A stretch of 14,804 bases of DNA from assembly GCA_964241985.1 (NCBI GenBank), contig CAXTBP010000120.1, positions 1 to 14,804 on the forward strand, given 5' to 3'. A program made the position numbers and the translations under genes. Below, piece after piece: positions 7,020-14,340 of this stretch (its first letter is position 1; each line of letters begins with the position of its first letter). The stretch is from an uncultured Armatimonadaceae bacterium. Lineage in GTDB: Bacteria > Armatimonadota > Armatimonadia > Armatimonadales > Armatimonadaceae. Under the pieces are notes generated by a model. The model did not search any database. It saw only the letters and a list, made by a program, of their open reading frames with translations, and was not told the origin of the DNA.

Positions 7020-7292
7020 TTACACTGAGCGCGAAGCTGTATGCGACAAACGTACCATCAGCAAGTCGAAAGCATCGGCGGACAGAATGCCGTAATCGTT
7101 CAAAATACCGCGCGCCGCCGCAAGGTGATAGGCGCGTACCGGTTCGGAATCCGCAAGTTGGGGTAGGGGCAGCCGCGCACCGGTGGGATGGTCGAAAGTT
7201 CGTCCTCGTGTATCGACGGTTTCGACAAAGCCTTCGTGGCGCAATGCTTGCGCCAAATCCTGATAGGTTAAACCGCTTACTGTCGCTATCAT
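7020..7292 (-). CDS. HicA-like (YcfA family) small dsRBD-fold protein with a non-canonical catalytic motif
   Basis: LTYQDLAQALRHEGFVETVDTRGRTFDHPTGARLPLP...L.....GIL follows the HicA template (L..L...GW.....GSHR.F.HP....V..HP..L..GT...IL). It has RGRT where HicA has the catalytic G-S-H. There is a ~30-aa C-terminal extension. An AGGAG SD overlaps the stop codon of the upstream gene, indicating translational coupling. Confidence 0.45.
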   Translation of the reverse strand: MIATVSGLTYQDLAQALRHEGFVETVDTRGRTFDHPTGARLPLPQLADSEPVRAYHLAAARGILNDYGILSADAFDLLMVRLSHTASRSV

Positions 7293-7301
7293 AGGTTGCT
7301 C

Positions 7302-7748
7302 CTAAATGATGTGGTTCTTGCGCTGACGTAATAACTCAACTGCAGCCTCATCAAAATGCTGACTTACGGGAACGCGAAGCGTTGAGCGGGTTATGTCGCT
7401 TGCCGCGTCCTGAATGTGTAACCAGTAGGCAGTGTCGGCGGGAACATCATAAAGAACCAAAACGACCGGAACCCGTTCCTCGCGCCATGCCTGTAAATCG
7501 CCTTCCGCAACGCGCACGGAAACCGCGCGTCCGTTATCAACAAAGGTCGGTGCGTCCGTTGCTTTAAGTTGAATGTAGAAGAAGTCGCGCTCTATTTCGC
7601 CATTCGCGTCAAAAGTACGAACCGTCAAATCATAGCCGTAATCGAAGAAAATCCGGTCGGCAACATGGCCCGCGCGCAATATAAACCGCTCTACGTGATT
7701 GACGCTCAAATCCGCAATGACGTGTTCGCGGGTTCGCCGTTTCTTCAT
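7302..7748 (-). CDS. DUF4365-like PD-(D/E)xK nuclease-fold protein
   Basis: The N-terminal pattern RTREHVIADLSVNHVERFILRAGHVADRIFFDYGYDL....GEIERDFFYIQLKAT matches my recollection of the DUF4365 (PF14280) consensus (..E..s.n.ve...........DyGiD........vqvKat). A candidate active site is D(YGYD)...E...QLK. Its codon usage appears more AT-rich than its neighbours. Needs HMM confirmation. Confidence 0.5.
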   Translation of the reverse strand: MKKRRTREHVIADLSVNHVERFILRAGHVADRIFFDYGYDLTVRTFDANGEIERDFFYIQLKATDAPTFVDNGRAVSVRVAEGDLQAWREERVPVVLVLYDVPADTAYWLHIQDAASDITRSTLRVPVSQHFDEAAVELLRQRKNHII

Positions 7749-7790
7749 AGAAAATTATAGCACGCGGGGCACATTGCCGACCGAATTCTC
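7749..7790 (-). promoter_or_regulatory. Extended -10 promoter (TGCTATAAT) abutting the DUF4365-like start; near-leaderless transcript predicted
   Basis: The minus strand reads ...GTGCTATAATTTTCTATG. A perfect TGnTATAAT (plus-strand 7754..7762) ends 5 nt before the ATG, so the predicted TSS falls at or within 1-2 nt of the start codon. There is no SD. It sits in the 41-nt gap after the glgP stop. Confidence 0.45.
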
Positions 7791-10387
7791 TATTCCCACG
7801 CGATAAGTGGTAGTTCCTGCGGCAGAACGGCGTTTTTGTGGTAGGGCAAAACGCGCACGGTGAAGCCTTGCTGGCCGCTTTGCTCGGTGGGGAGCGGGCC
7901 GGAATAGCGGTAGGGGCCAGCGGGGGCGTCGGGATTTTCGCAGGTTAGCAAAACGGTGTGCGCGGTTTCCAGCGAGCGGTCGGCGTCAATTGGGCCGCCG
8001 TAGAATTGCACGGCGACATCGCTTGGCGTCAGCGTGCCCAGCGAAACGACGACGTGAACCTGTGCGGCTTGGTGGGAGGCCAAGTTGTCTTGCGCGTTTT
8101 GCACGCTCTCGGTGTTGGCAGTGGCCCAACTGGGCCGCGATTTCTTCTTCCACGAGACCAGCTCTTTGGCGACGGCGTAATCGTTGGCGGCAAGCACGGC
8201 TTCGCGGCGGGCGGCGGGCACGTAGTAAGTTTCGGCGTACTCTTTGACCATGCGGGCGGTTGTGAAAACCGGGGCCAATTTTTTCATCGACGCCTTGACT
8301 TTGCTTATCCACCCGTGCGGCAAGCCGTCGGTTCCCCGGTCGTAGAACAGCGGCACGATGGAACGCTCCAACGTTTCGTAGATGTCTTCGGCCTCGACGT
8401 GGTCTTGGTAGCCCTCGTCCTCGTAATCGTCGCCGCGTCCTATTTCCCAGCCAACGGCGGGGTCGTAGCCCTCGGCCCACCAGCCGTCGAGAATGGAAAA
8501 GTTGAGACCGCCGTTTGCGATGACTTTCATGCCGGACGTGCCCGACGCCTCGTGCGGGCGGCGCGGGTTGTTGAGCCACACGTCCACGCCCTCGACCAAA
8601 TACCGCGCCATCGCCATATCGTAGTCTTCCAAAAACACGATTTTACGCCGAACGTCCTCGCCTTTGGCGAAGTGAACGATATGGCGAATGAGTTCTTTGC
8701 CGGAATCGTCTTTTGGGTGCGCTTTGCCCGCGAACACGAACTGCACGGGCCGGTCGGTATTGTTCAAAATGCGCTTGATGCGCTCCACGTCGCGGAGCAA
8801 AAGGTCGCCGCGTTTGTAGGTGGCGAAGCGACGGGCGAAGCCAATCGTCAAAATTTTAGGGTCTAAAATTTCGCGGGCGTCCTGTATCTCGCGGTCGGAC
8901 GCGCCGCGCTTTTCCATGCGGGCTTCTTGATACTTGCGCGCCCACGTTACCAATTTTTCGCGGCGCAGTTCGTGGGTTTGCCACAGTTCCGCGTCGGGAA
9001 TGGTGTCCACTTTGGCCCAAAAATCCACACTTGCCAAGTTTTCCGCCGTCGCTTCGCCCAGATATTTGTCCTGCAAATCCGCCATTTCGCCCGACAAAAA
9101 TGAGCGCGTGTGGATACCATTCGTAACGCTGCCGACCGGCACTTCATCGAGCGGATAATCGGGCCAGTTGGGCTGTACCATTTTTCGTGTCACTTCGCCG
9201 TGCAGTTTGGAAACGCCGTTGATATAGCGGGCCTGCCGGAACGCGAGAACCGCCATATTGAATTTTTCGCTGGCGTCTCCCTGCGCTACGCGGCCCCGAT
9301 CCATCAAGTCGGCGAACGCGGGCAGTTTCACGTCGAAGGCATAGTCCGTGAAGTATTTCGCCATGAGTTCGGGCGGGAATTTATCGAATCCGGCGGGAAC
9401 CGGCGTGTGGGTGGTGAACAAATTGCCTGCCGCCGCCGCTTCGGATGCGTCCGCGAATGACAAGCCTTTTTCCTGAGCCAACCGCCGCACGCGCTCCAAA
9501 CTCAAAAACGCGGAATGACCCTCGTTCATGTGGCACACGGCGGGCTTGATGCCCATTGCGGCAAGGGCGTGGATGCCGCCGATACCCAAAATAATTTCCT
9601 GCTGGATGCGCGTTTCGTTGTCGCCGCCGTATAGGTTGCCCGCGATATGGCGGTCGGCCTCGCTGTTTTGCGGTAGATTCGTGTCCAAAAGAAAGAGCGG
9701 GATACGTCCGACCTGCGCTTTCCACACCTGAATATGGACTTGCCGACCGGGAAAATTGACATCAATCGTGAACGGATGATCGGTCAAATCGCCCTCGCGC
9801 TTTTCGCCGCCGGGCACGGGTTCGATGGGCAGCGAGTAAAAATCGGTCGTCGGGTAGTTTTCGATTTGCCAGCCGTCGCCGTTCAGCGATTGCCGGAAGT
9901 AGCCGTTTTGGTACAAAAAACCGACCCCGACAAGCGGCAAACCCAAGTCCGACGCGGATTTCAAATGGTCGCCCGCAAGCACCCCCAAGCCGCCCGAATA
10001 AATGGGCAAGCATTCCGTGATGCCAAACTCGGCGGAGAAATACGCGATGCGAAAGTTCGGGTCGGAAAACTCGGTTTTGTACGCGCCGTCCCACCACATC
10101 GGGCCGTCCATATACGCGCGGAACGCTTGGTACACGTCGCCCAACTGCGCCAAAAACGCGGCATCTTGGGCGGCGGCGTCCAGCCGCGCTTGGGGAACCA
10201 AGCCCAACAATTTGGCGGGATTGTGCCCCGACTGTTCCCACAGTGGGTCACCGCCCAGAGCGCGGAACAAACGAATGGAAGCGGCATCCCACGCCCAGCG
10301 TAGGTTGTAGGCGAGTTCCCGCAAATTTTGCAAAGCGGGCGGAAGCGACGGGGTAACGGTATAGGTGTGCAGCGTGCGCGGCGTCAT
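7790..10387 (-). CDS. glgP: Alpha-1,4-glucan (glycogen/maltodextrin) phosphorylase, GT35, long bacterial 'alpha-glucan family' type
   Basis: The N-terminal domain reads PSLPPALQNLRELAYNLRWAWD...LGGDPLWE (DUF3417-like). The PLP-site signature is EASGTSGMKVIANGGLNFSILDGWWAEGY, with TNGIHTRSF and GKAHPKD motifs. The track starts at TTG 10393. ATG at 10385..10387 (MTPRTL...) is more likely; an AAAGGA lies 11 nt upstream. Confidence 0.9.
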   Translation of the reverse strand: MTPRTLHTYTVTPSLPPALQNLRELAYNLRWAWDAASIRLFRALGGDPLWEQSGHNPAKLLGLVPQARLDAAAQDAAFLAQLGDVYQAFRAYMDGPMWWDGAYKTEFSDPNFRIAYFSAEFGITECLPIYSGGLGVLAGDHLKSASDLGLPLVGVGFLYQNGYFRQSLNGDGWQIENYPTTDFYSLPIEPVPGGEKREGDLTDHPFTIDVNFPGRQVHIQVWKAQVGRIPLFLLDTNLPQNSEADRHIAGNLYGGDNETRIQQEIILGIGGIHALAAMGIKPAVCHMNEGHSAFLSLERVRRLAQEKGLSFADASEAAAAGNLFTTHTPVPAGFDKFPPELMAKYFTDYAFDVKLPAFADLMDRGRVAQGDASEKFNMAVLAFRQARYINGVSKLHGEVTRKMVQPNWPDYPLDEVPVGSVTNGIHTRSFLSGEMADLQDKYLGEATAENLASVDFWAKVDTIPDAELWQTHELRREKLVTWARKYQEARMEKRGASDREIQDAREILDPKILTIGFARRFATYKRGDLLLRDVERIKRILNNTDRPVQFVFAGKAHPKDDSGKELIRHIVHFAKGEDVRRKIVFLEDYDMAMARYLVEGVDVWLNNPRRPHEASGTSGMKVIANGGLNFSILDGWWAEGYDPAVGWEIGRGDDYEDEGYQDHVEAEDIYETLERSIVPLFYDRGTDGLPHGWISKVKASMKKLAPVFTTARMVKEYAETYYVPAARREAVLAANDYAVAKELVSWKKKSRPSWATANTESVQNAQDNLASHQAAQVHVVVSLGTLTPSDVAVQFYGGPIDADRSLETAHTVLLTCENPDAPAGPYRYSGPLPTEQSGQQGFTVRVLPYHKNAVLPQELPLIAWE

Positions 10388-10542
10388 AAACAAGCAAATC
10401 CTTTAAGAAAAATGGTACGCCGGAATGCCGTAGGGCGCGATTGCTGCGGTGCGGCATCGCCTGCAACGCTTTTAGTATACCCAGTTCGCAAAAAGCAAAA
10501 GTTACGCAAAAAGCAGATGGTTTTGCGACCCGGTAAATCACA

Positions 10543-10556
10543 TGGGTTAAAACCCA
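10543..10556. promoter_or_regulatory. Palindrome TGGGTTaaAACCCA in the glgP/polA divergent intergenic region; candidate operator
   Basis: 6-bp arms with a 2-nt spacer, partially extendable (caCATGGGTTaaAACCCACGTca). A direct repeat CGCAAAAAGCA x2 (~10486..10515) lies upstream. No regulator is encoded nearby, so this is speculative. Confidence 0.2.
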
Positions 10557-10606
10557 CGTCACAGTTTTCCGAAACGATTCCTAAAAGCGCAGGGCAAGCG
10601 GAGTGA

Positions 10607-10645
10607 AAAAGGGAATAAACAAACAAAAGTACGTTTCCCTTTTAT
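10607..10645 (+). promoter_or_regulatory. Stem-loop immediately 5' of the polA start codon (AAAAGGGAA...TTCCCTTTT)
   Basis: Perfect 9-bp inverted repeat with a ~19-nt A-rich loop. The 3' arm ends 3-4 nt before the polA ATG and is followed by a U-run. polA has no recognisable SD. This could modulate translation or act as an attenuator. Confidence 0.3.
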
Positions 10646-10646
10646 T

Positions 10647-13547
10647 ATGCCTTCAACAAACACCAACCCAACCAAAAATCTCGTTCTTCTCGACGGCAAC
10701 TCGCTCCTGTACCGGGGCTTTTTCGCGATGCGCGCGCTCACGACGAGCGCGGGCCTGCACACAAACGCCGTGTTTTCGTTCACGATGATGCTGCTCACGC
10801 TCCTTGAAAAAGAAAAGCCCGACGTGATGCTGTGCGCGTGGGACACGTCGAAGCCAACGTTCCGGCACGAATTGACCAAGGCCTACAAAGGGCAACGCTC
10901 CAGTCCGCCGACCGAACTCACGCAGCAGGGGCCACTCGCCCGCGAACTCGTCAATGCGTTTCACGTTCCGACCGTGGAAGCGCCCGGTTTCGAGGCCGAC
11001 GACATTATCGGTACGCTGAGTAAGCAGGGCCGTGAGCAGGGCTACGAAATCCTGATCGTGACCGGCGATTTGGACGCCTTGCAGCTCGTCGCACCGGGCG
11101 TACAGGTCATGACAACGGTTAAGGGCGTGACGGATACGGTCGTGTACGACGAGGACGCCGTGCTAAAGCGGTACAATTTGCGCCCCGATCAGTTGGCGGA
11201 TTTCCGCGCCCTCAAAGGCGACACGAGCGACAACATTCCGGGTGTGCCCGGCGTCGGGGATAAAACGGCGGCAACCCTTTTGCAAAAATACGACCATGTG
11301 GAAAACTTGCTGCACCACATGGACGAGGTAACGCCCGCCAAATTGCAAGCCGCGCTCGTCGGCGCGACCGATCAAATTGTGCTGTCGAAAAAACTTGCCG
11401 TCATCGTCCGCGACGTGCCGCTTCCCGGCGTGGATTTGCCGGATTTGGCGACGGCGGAACACAAACCCGATTACGCCGCCGTGCGCGCCTTGTTCGAGCG
11501 GTTGGAGTTCCGCACCTTGCTTCGGCGATTGCCGGACGCGAAGGCAGTACCCGTTGGCTTCCGTGGCGGTATTGCAGACCAAAGCGAGGAAGGCTTTTTG
11601 TCGGAACCCCCCGTTATTGGGGGGCAGGGGGGCAAAACGGTTGACATCGAGGCCGAAGACTACGACCCGTTTGCCGACGATGCTCCCGACGCTGAACTGC
11701 CCGCGCCGAAAACGCCTGCCGTTGCGGTTGCGCCCGCCGATTTCCGCGACATTACCGAAGCGACGGATGCCAAAACTGTGGGCGAAATGGAAACGGCGGT
11801 TCGCGCGGCGCACCGTGTTTCCGTGCGCCTGCATTTATCGGGCGACGCCACAAACGCGAGCGACTTGCTGGACAGCAAACTCATCGGCGTCGCGCTCGGC
11901 ATCGGAAATGGAACCGTGTTTTACGTTTCGCCGCCCGAAAAAGCGGCGGGCCTCCTTGCCGATCCGAAAATCGCCAAAGTTACGCACGACGCCAAGCGTG
12001 ATATTGCCGCCATCGAAAAACACGGCTTGACGCTCGCCGGTATCGCGTTCGATACGGAACTTGCCGCGTACTTGCTGAATGCTGGGCGACGGTCAGGGTA
12101 TCCGCTCAACGAAGTCGCCGCCGATTACGCCGGGCACGAAATCGCGTTGCTGGACAAAAAAGAGCGCAAAACGGCGGAGCCGGACGCCATCGCGGCCCAC
12201 GACAGAACACAAGTCTTGCAGGAAGCCGACGCCATCTATGCCATCATGGGCGTACAGGAGCCGCGCCTTGCCGCCGACAAATTGACCAGCGTTTTGGAAA
12301 CCCTCGAACTTCCCGTCGCGCCTATTTTGGCGGAAATGGAACTCGCGGGCCTTCTCGTCGATGTGCCCGTTATGGATCGCATGGCCCGCGAAATGCAAAC
12401 GCAAATTACCGAACTGGAAGCGCAAATTTTCGCCATTGCGGGCGACCCGTTTTCCATCGGTTCGACCAAGCAGTTGCAGGAAGTCCTGTTCGACAAACTC
12501 AAAATCCCTTCGGGCAAAAAAACGAAAACCGGTTACTCGACCGGGGCCGACGTGTTGGAAGAACTCGCCCCCGATTATCCCATTGTGTCGCTCGTCATGA
12601 AGCACCGGGAATTCACCAAACTCAAAAACACCTATGCTGAAGCCATGCCGCTTCTCGTGAAAAGCGACGGGCGCATTCACACGACGCTCAATCAAACCGT
12701 GGCGGCAACGGGGCGTTTGAGTTCGTCGAACCCGAACCTGCAAAACATTCCGGTTCGCACCCCGATTGGTCGTGAAATCCGCCGCGCCTTTATCGCCGCG
12801 CCCGGCACGGTTTTGGTATCGGCGGACTATTCGCAGATCGAACTGCGCCTGTTCGCCCACGTCACCGGCGATAAAGAACTGGTCGCCGCGTTTGAAAGCG
12901 GGGAAGACATTCACACCTACACCGGCGCGAAAATGTACAACGTCGCCGTTGCCGACGTGACTGGCGATATGAGAAGGGCCGCGAAAACCGTGAACTACGC
13001 TGTCATTTATGGCATTTCCGAGTTTGCGCTGGCCCGTCGTTTGGGCATTTCGTTTGTCGCCGCCAAAGAGTTGAAAACCTCGTATTTCGCGCGTTTTCCC
13101 GGCGTTCGCACGTATTTGGACGAAACCGTCGCGTTCGCCCGCGCCCACGGCTACGTGCAAACCTTGTGGGGCCGCCGTCGCTATATACCCGATATTTCGA
13201 GCCGCGTGTTCACGTTCCGGCAGGCCGCCGAGCGCGCCGCCGCGAATATGCCCATTCAAGGCTCGTCGGCGGACATTATGAAACTCGCCATGATCGCCGT
13301 CCGCGATATGCTCCGCGACGAAGGCTTTCAATCGAAAATGCTGCTGCAAGTCCACGACGAACTCTTGTTTGAAACGCCGCCTGAAGAAGTTGCGCACCTT
13401 GCCGCCCGTGTCCGCGAGCGCATGACAAGCGTGTATCCGCTCCGCGTCGCTCTTGATGTGGAAGTCAAAACCGGCGCGACATGGGCCGACGTAACTCCGG
13501 TCGCCGACGCCAACGAAGAAGTCGTCAGCCTGATGAGCGGCGCATAG
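10647..13547 (+). CDS. polA: DNA polymerase I
   Basis: 5'-nuclease domain: LVLLDGNSLLYRGFFA...IVTGDLDALQL...GIGDKTA. A Pro/Ala/Asp-rich linker follows, then a 3'-5'-exo-like domain and the polymerase domain, with motif A DYSQIELR, motif B RRAAKTVNYAVIYG and motif C QVHDELLFE. Note the Tyr in motif B and the apparently degenerate Exo I motif (see findings). Confidence 0.95.
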   Translation: MPSTNTNPTKNLVLLDGNSLLYRGFFAMRALTTSAGLHTNAVFSFTMMLLTLLEKEKPDVMLCAWDTSKPTFRHELTKAYKGQRSSPPTELTQQGPLARELVNAFHVPTVEAPGFEADDIIGTLSKQGREQGYEILIVTGDLDALQLVAPGVQVMTTVKGVTDTVVYDEDAVLKRYNLRPDQLADFRALKGDTSDNIPGVPGVGDKTAATLLQKYDHVENLLHHMDEVTPAKLQAALVGATDQIVLSKKLAVIVRDVPLPGVDLPDLATAEHKPDYAAVRALFERLEFRTLLRRLPDAKAVPVGFRGGIADQSEEGFLSEPPVIGGQGGKTVDIEAEDYDPFADDAPDAELPAPKTPAVAVAPADFRDITEATDAKTVGEMETAVRAAHRVSVRLHLSGDATNASDLLDSKLIGVALGIGNGTVFYVSPPEKAAGLLADPKIAKVTHDAKRDIAAIEKHGLTLAGIAFDTELAAYLLNAGRRSGYPLNEVAADYAGHEIALLDKKERKTAEPDAIAAHDRTQVLQEADAIYAIMGVQEPRLAADKLTSVLETLELPVAPILAEMELAGLLVDVPVMDRMAREMQTQITELEAQIFAIAGDPFSIGSTKQLQEVLFDKLKIPSGKKTKTGYSTGADVLEELAPDYPIVSLVMKHREFTKLKNTYAEAMPLLVKSDGRIHTTLNQTVAATGRLSSSNPNLQNIPVRTPIGREIRRAFIAAPGTVLVSADYSQIELRLFAHVTGDKELVAAFESGEDIHTYTGAKMYNVAVADVTGDMRRAAKTVNYAVIYGISEFALARRLGISFVAAKELKTSYFARFPGVRTYLDETVAFARAHGYVQTLWGRRRYIPDISSRVFTFRQAAERAAANMPIQGSSADIMKLAMIAVRDMLRDEGFQSKMLLQVHDELLFETPPEEVAHLAARVRERMTSVYPLRVALDVEVKTGATWADVTPVADANEEVVSLMSGA

Positions 13548-13579
13548 AAAGGCCAATTTTCAAGTAGCGGCGATAAAAT

Positions 13580-13861
13580 ATGACCGAAAGGAAAACGGAA
13601 AAGACTATGGCACAAACATCCGCATTACTGGATAAAGAAGATTTGCTGACGGAGATAGAACGTATCAAATCGCTTTATCCGTCCGCGCCGCCTATCGGCA
13701 AAACCAATCCTGAACAAATAGAGCGTTCGTCGGGCCTTTTCGCAAATGACCCTTTGTTTGAGGCCGCCGTTCGTGCCGGGCAGGAATGGCGAAAAGCCGA
13801 ATCAACTGAAAACGAGCGGGAGCAGAACATAAAAGATGCCAGCGACGTTATATCTGCTTGA
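13580..13861 (+). CDS. Putative antitoxin partner of the downstream PIN toxin (VapB-like by position)
   Basis: A small acidic ORF ending 26 nt inside the PIN gene, the classic TA overlap. There is no recognisable AbrB/RHH/Phd motif, so the call is by context only. The start may be ATG 13607 (MAQTS...). Confidence 0.35.
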   Translation: MTERKTEKTMAQTSALLDKEDLLTEIERIKSLYPSAPPIGKTNPEQIERSSGLFANDPLFEAAVRAGQEWRKAESTENEREQNIKDASDVISA

Positions 13862-14273
13862 CACCGACCACATGACGGTTTGGGAGCGGGGCGGGTTGGA
13901 AAAAGTACGCCTCAAAGAACGTTTGGACAGCATTGCGCCCGATGACTACGGAACCACGATTATCAATTTCGAGGAACAAATGCGCGGCTGGCTTGCAGAA
14001 ATCGCAGGTACGGCTCAAAAGCCCGACGTGCAAACCCAACAGTATCAGCGATTAGGCGAACTGCTCCGATATTACCAATTCTTTTCGGTGTGGCAATACG
14101 ATGAACGTTCGGCGGCGATTTATCAAGTTTTGGTGAAGCAAAAAGTGCGCGTTGGAACCCAAGATTTGAAAATCGCATCCATCGCGCTGGCAAACGATGC
14201 GACGGTTTTAACGCGCAACACACGCGACTTCGGCAAAGTGCCGGGTTTGAAAGTAGAAGACTGGACGATATAG
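13836..14273 (+). CDS. vapC: PIN-domain ribonuclease toxin (VapC family)
   Basis: N-terminal LYLLDTD, a central Glu (NFEEQ), GTQDLKIASIALAN (third Asp) and C-terminal TRNTRDF: a canonical PIN acidic quartet. Confidence 0.8.
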   Translation: MPATLYLLDTDHMTVWERGGLEKVRLKERLDSIAPDDYGTTIINFEEQMRGWLAEIAGTAQKPDVQTQQYQRLGELLRYYQFFSVWQYDERSAAIYQVLVKQKVRVGTQDLKIASIALANDATVLTRNTRDFGKVPGLKVEDWTI

Positions 14274-14340
14274 CACACCAGTTTCAGGCAAGCGCGGGAG
14301 TACAACGCAGGCTAATGAACAGAACGGCGGGGAGCAAGAA

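Noticed and set aside
7958-8866. 302-aa plus-strand ORF and other ORFs antisense to glgP (7986..8579, 9734..10303, 9762..10241 and others)
   Set aside because: They lie inside a strongly supported 866-aa phosphorylase gene. Their translations are Arg/Gly-rich with no motifs.
10394-10646. Possible tRNA/ncRNA in the 253-bp divergent intergenic region
   Set aside because: There is no T-loop (GTTCRANYC) or cloverleaf-compatible sequence. The observed stems are better explained as regulatory hairpins. An sRNA cannot be excluded without expression data.
12093-13556. 487-aa minus-strand ORF antisense to polA, and 11163..11834 minus, 11377..12030 plus
   Set aside because: These are antisense or alternate-frame ORFs within polA. 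Their composition is R/G/F-rich and there are no start signals.
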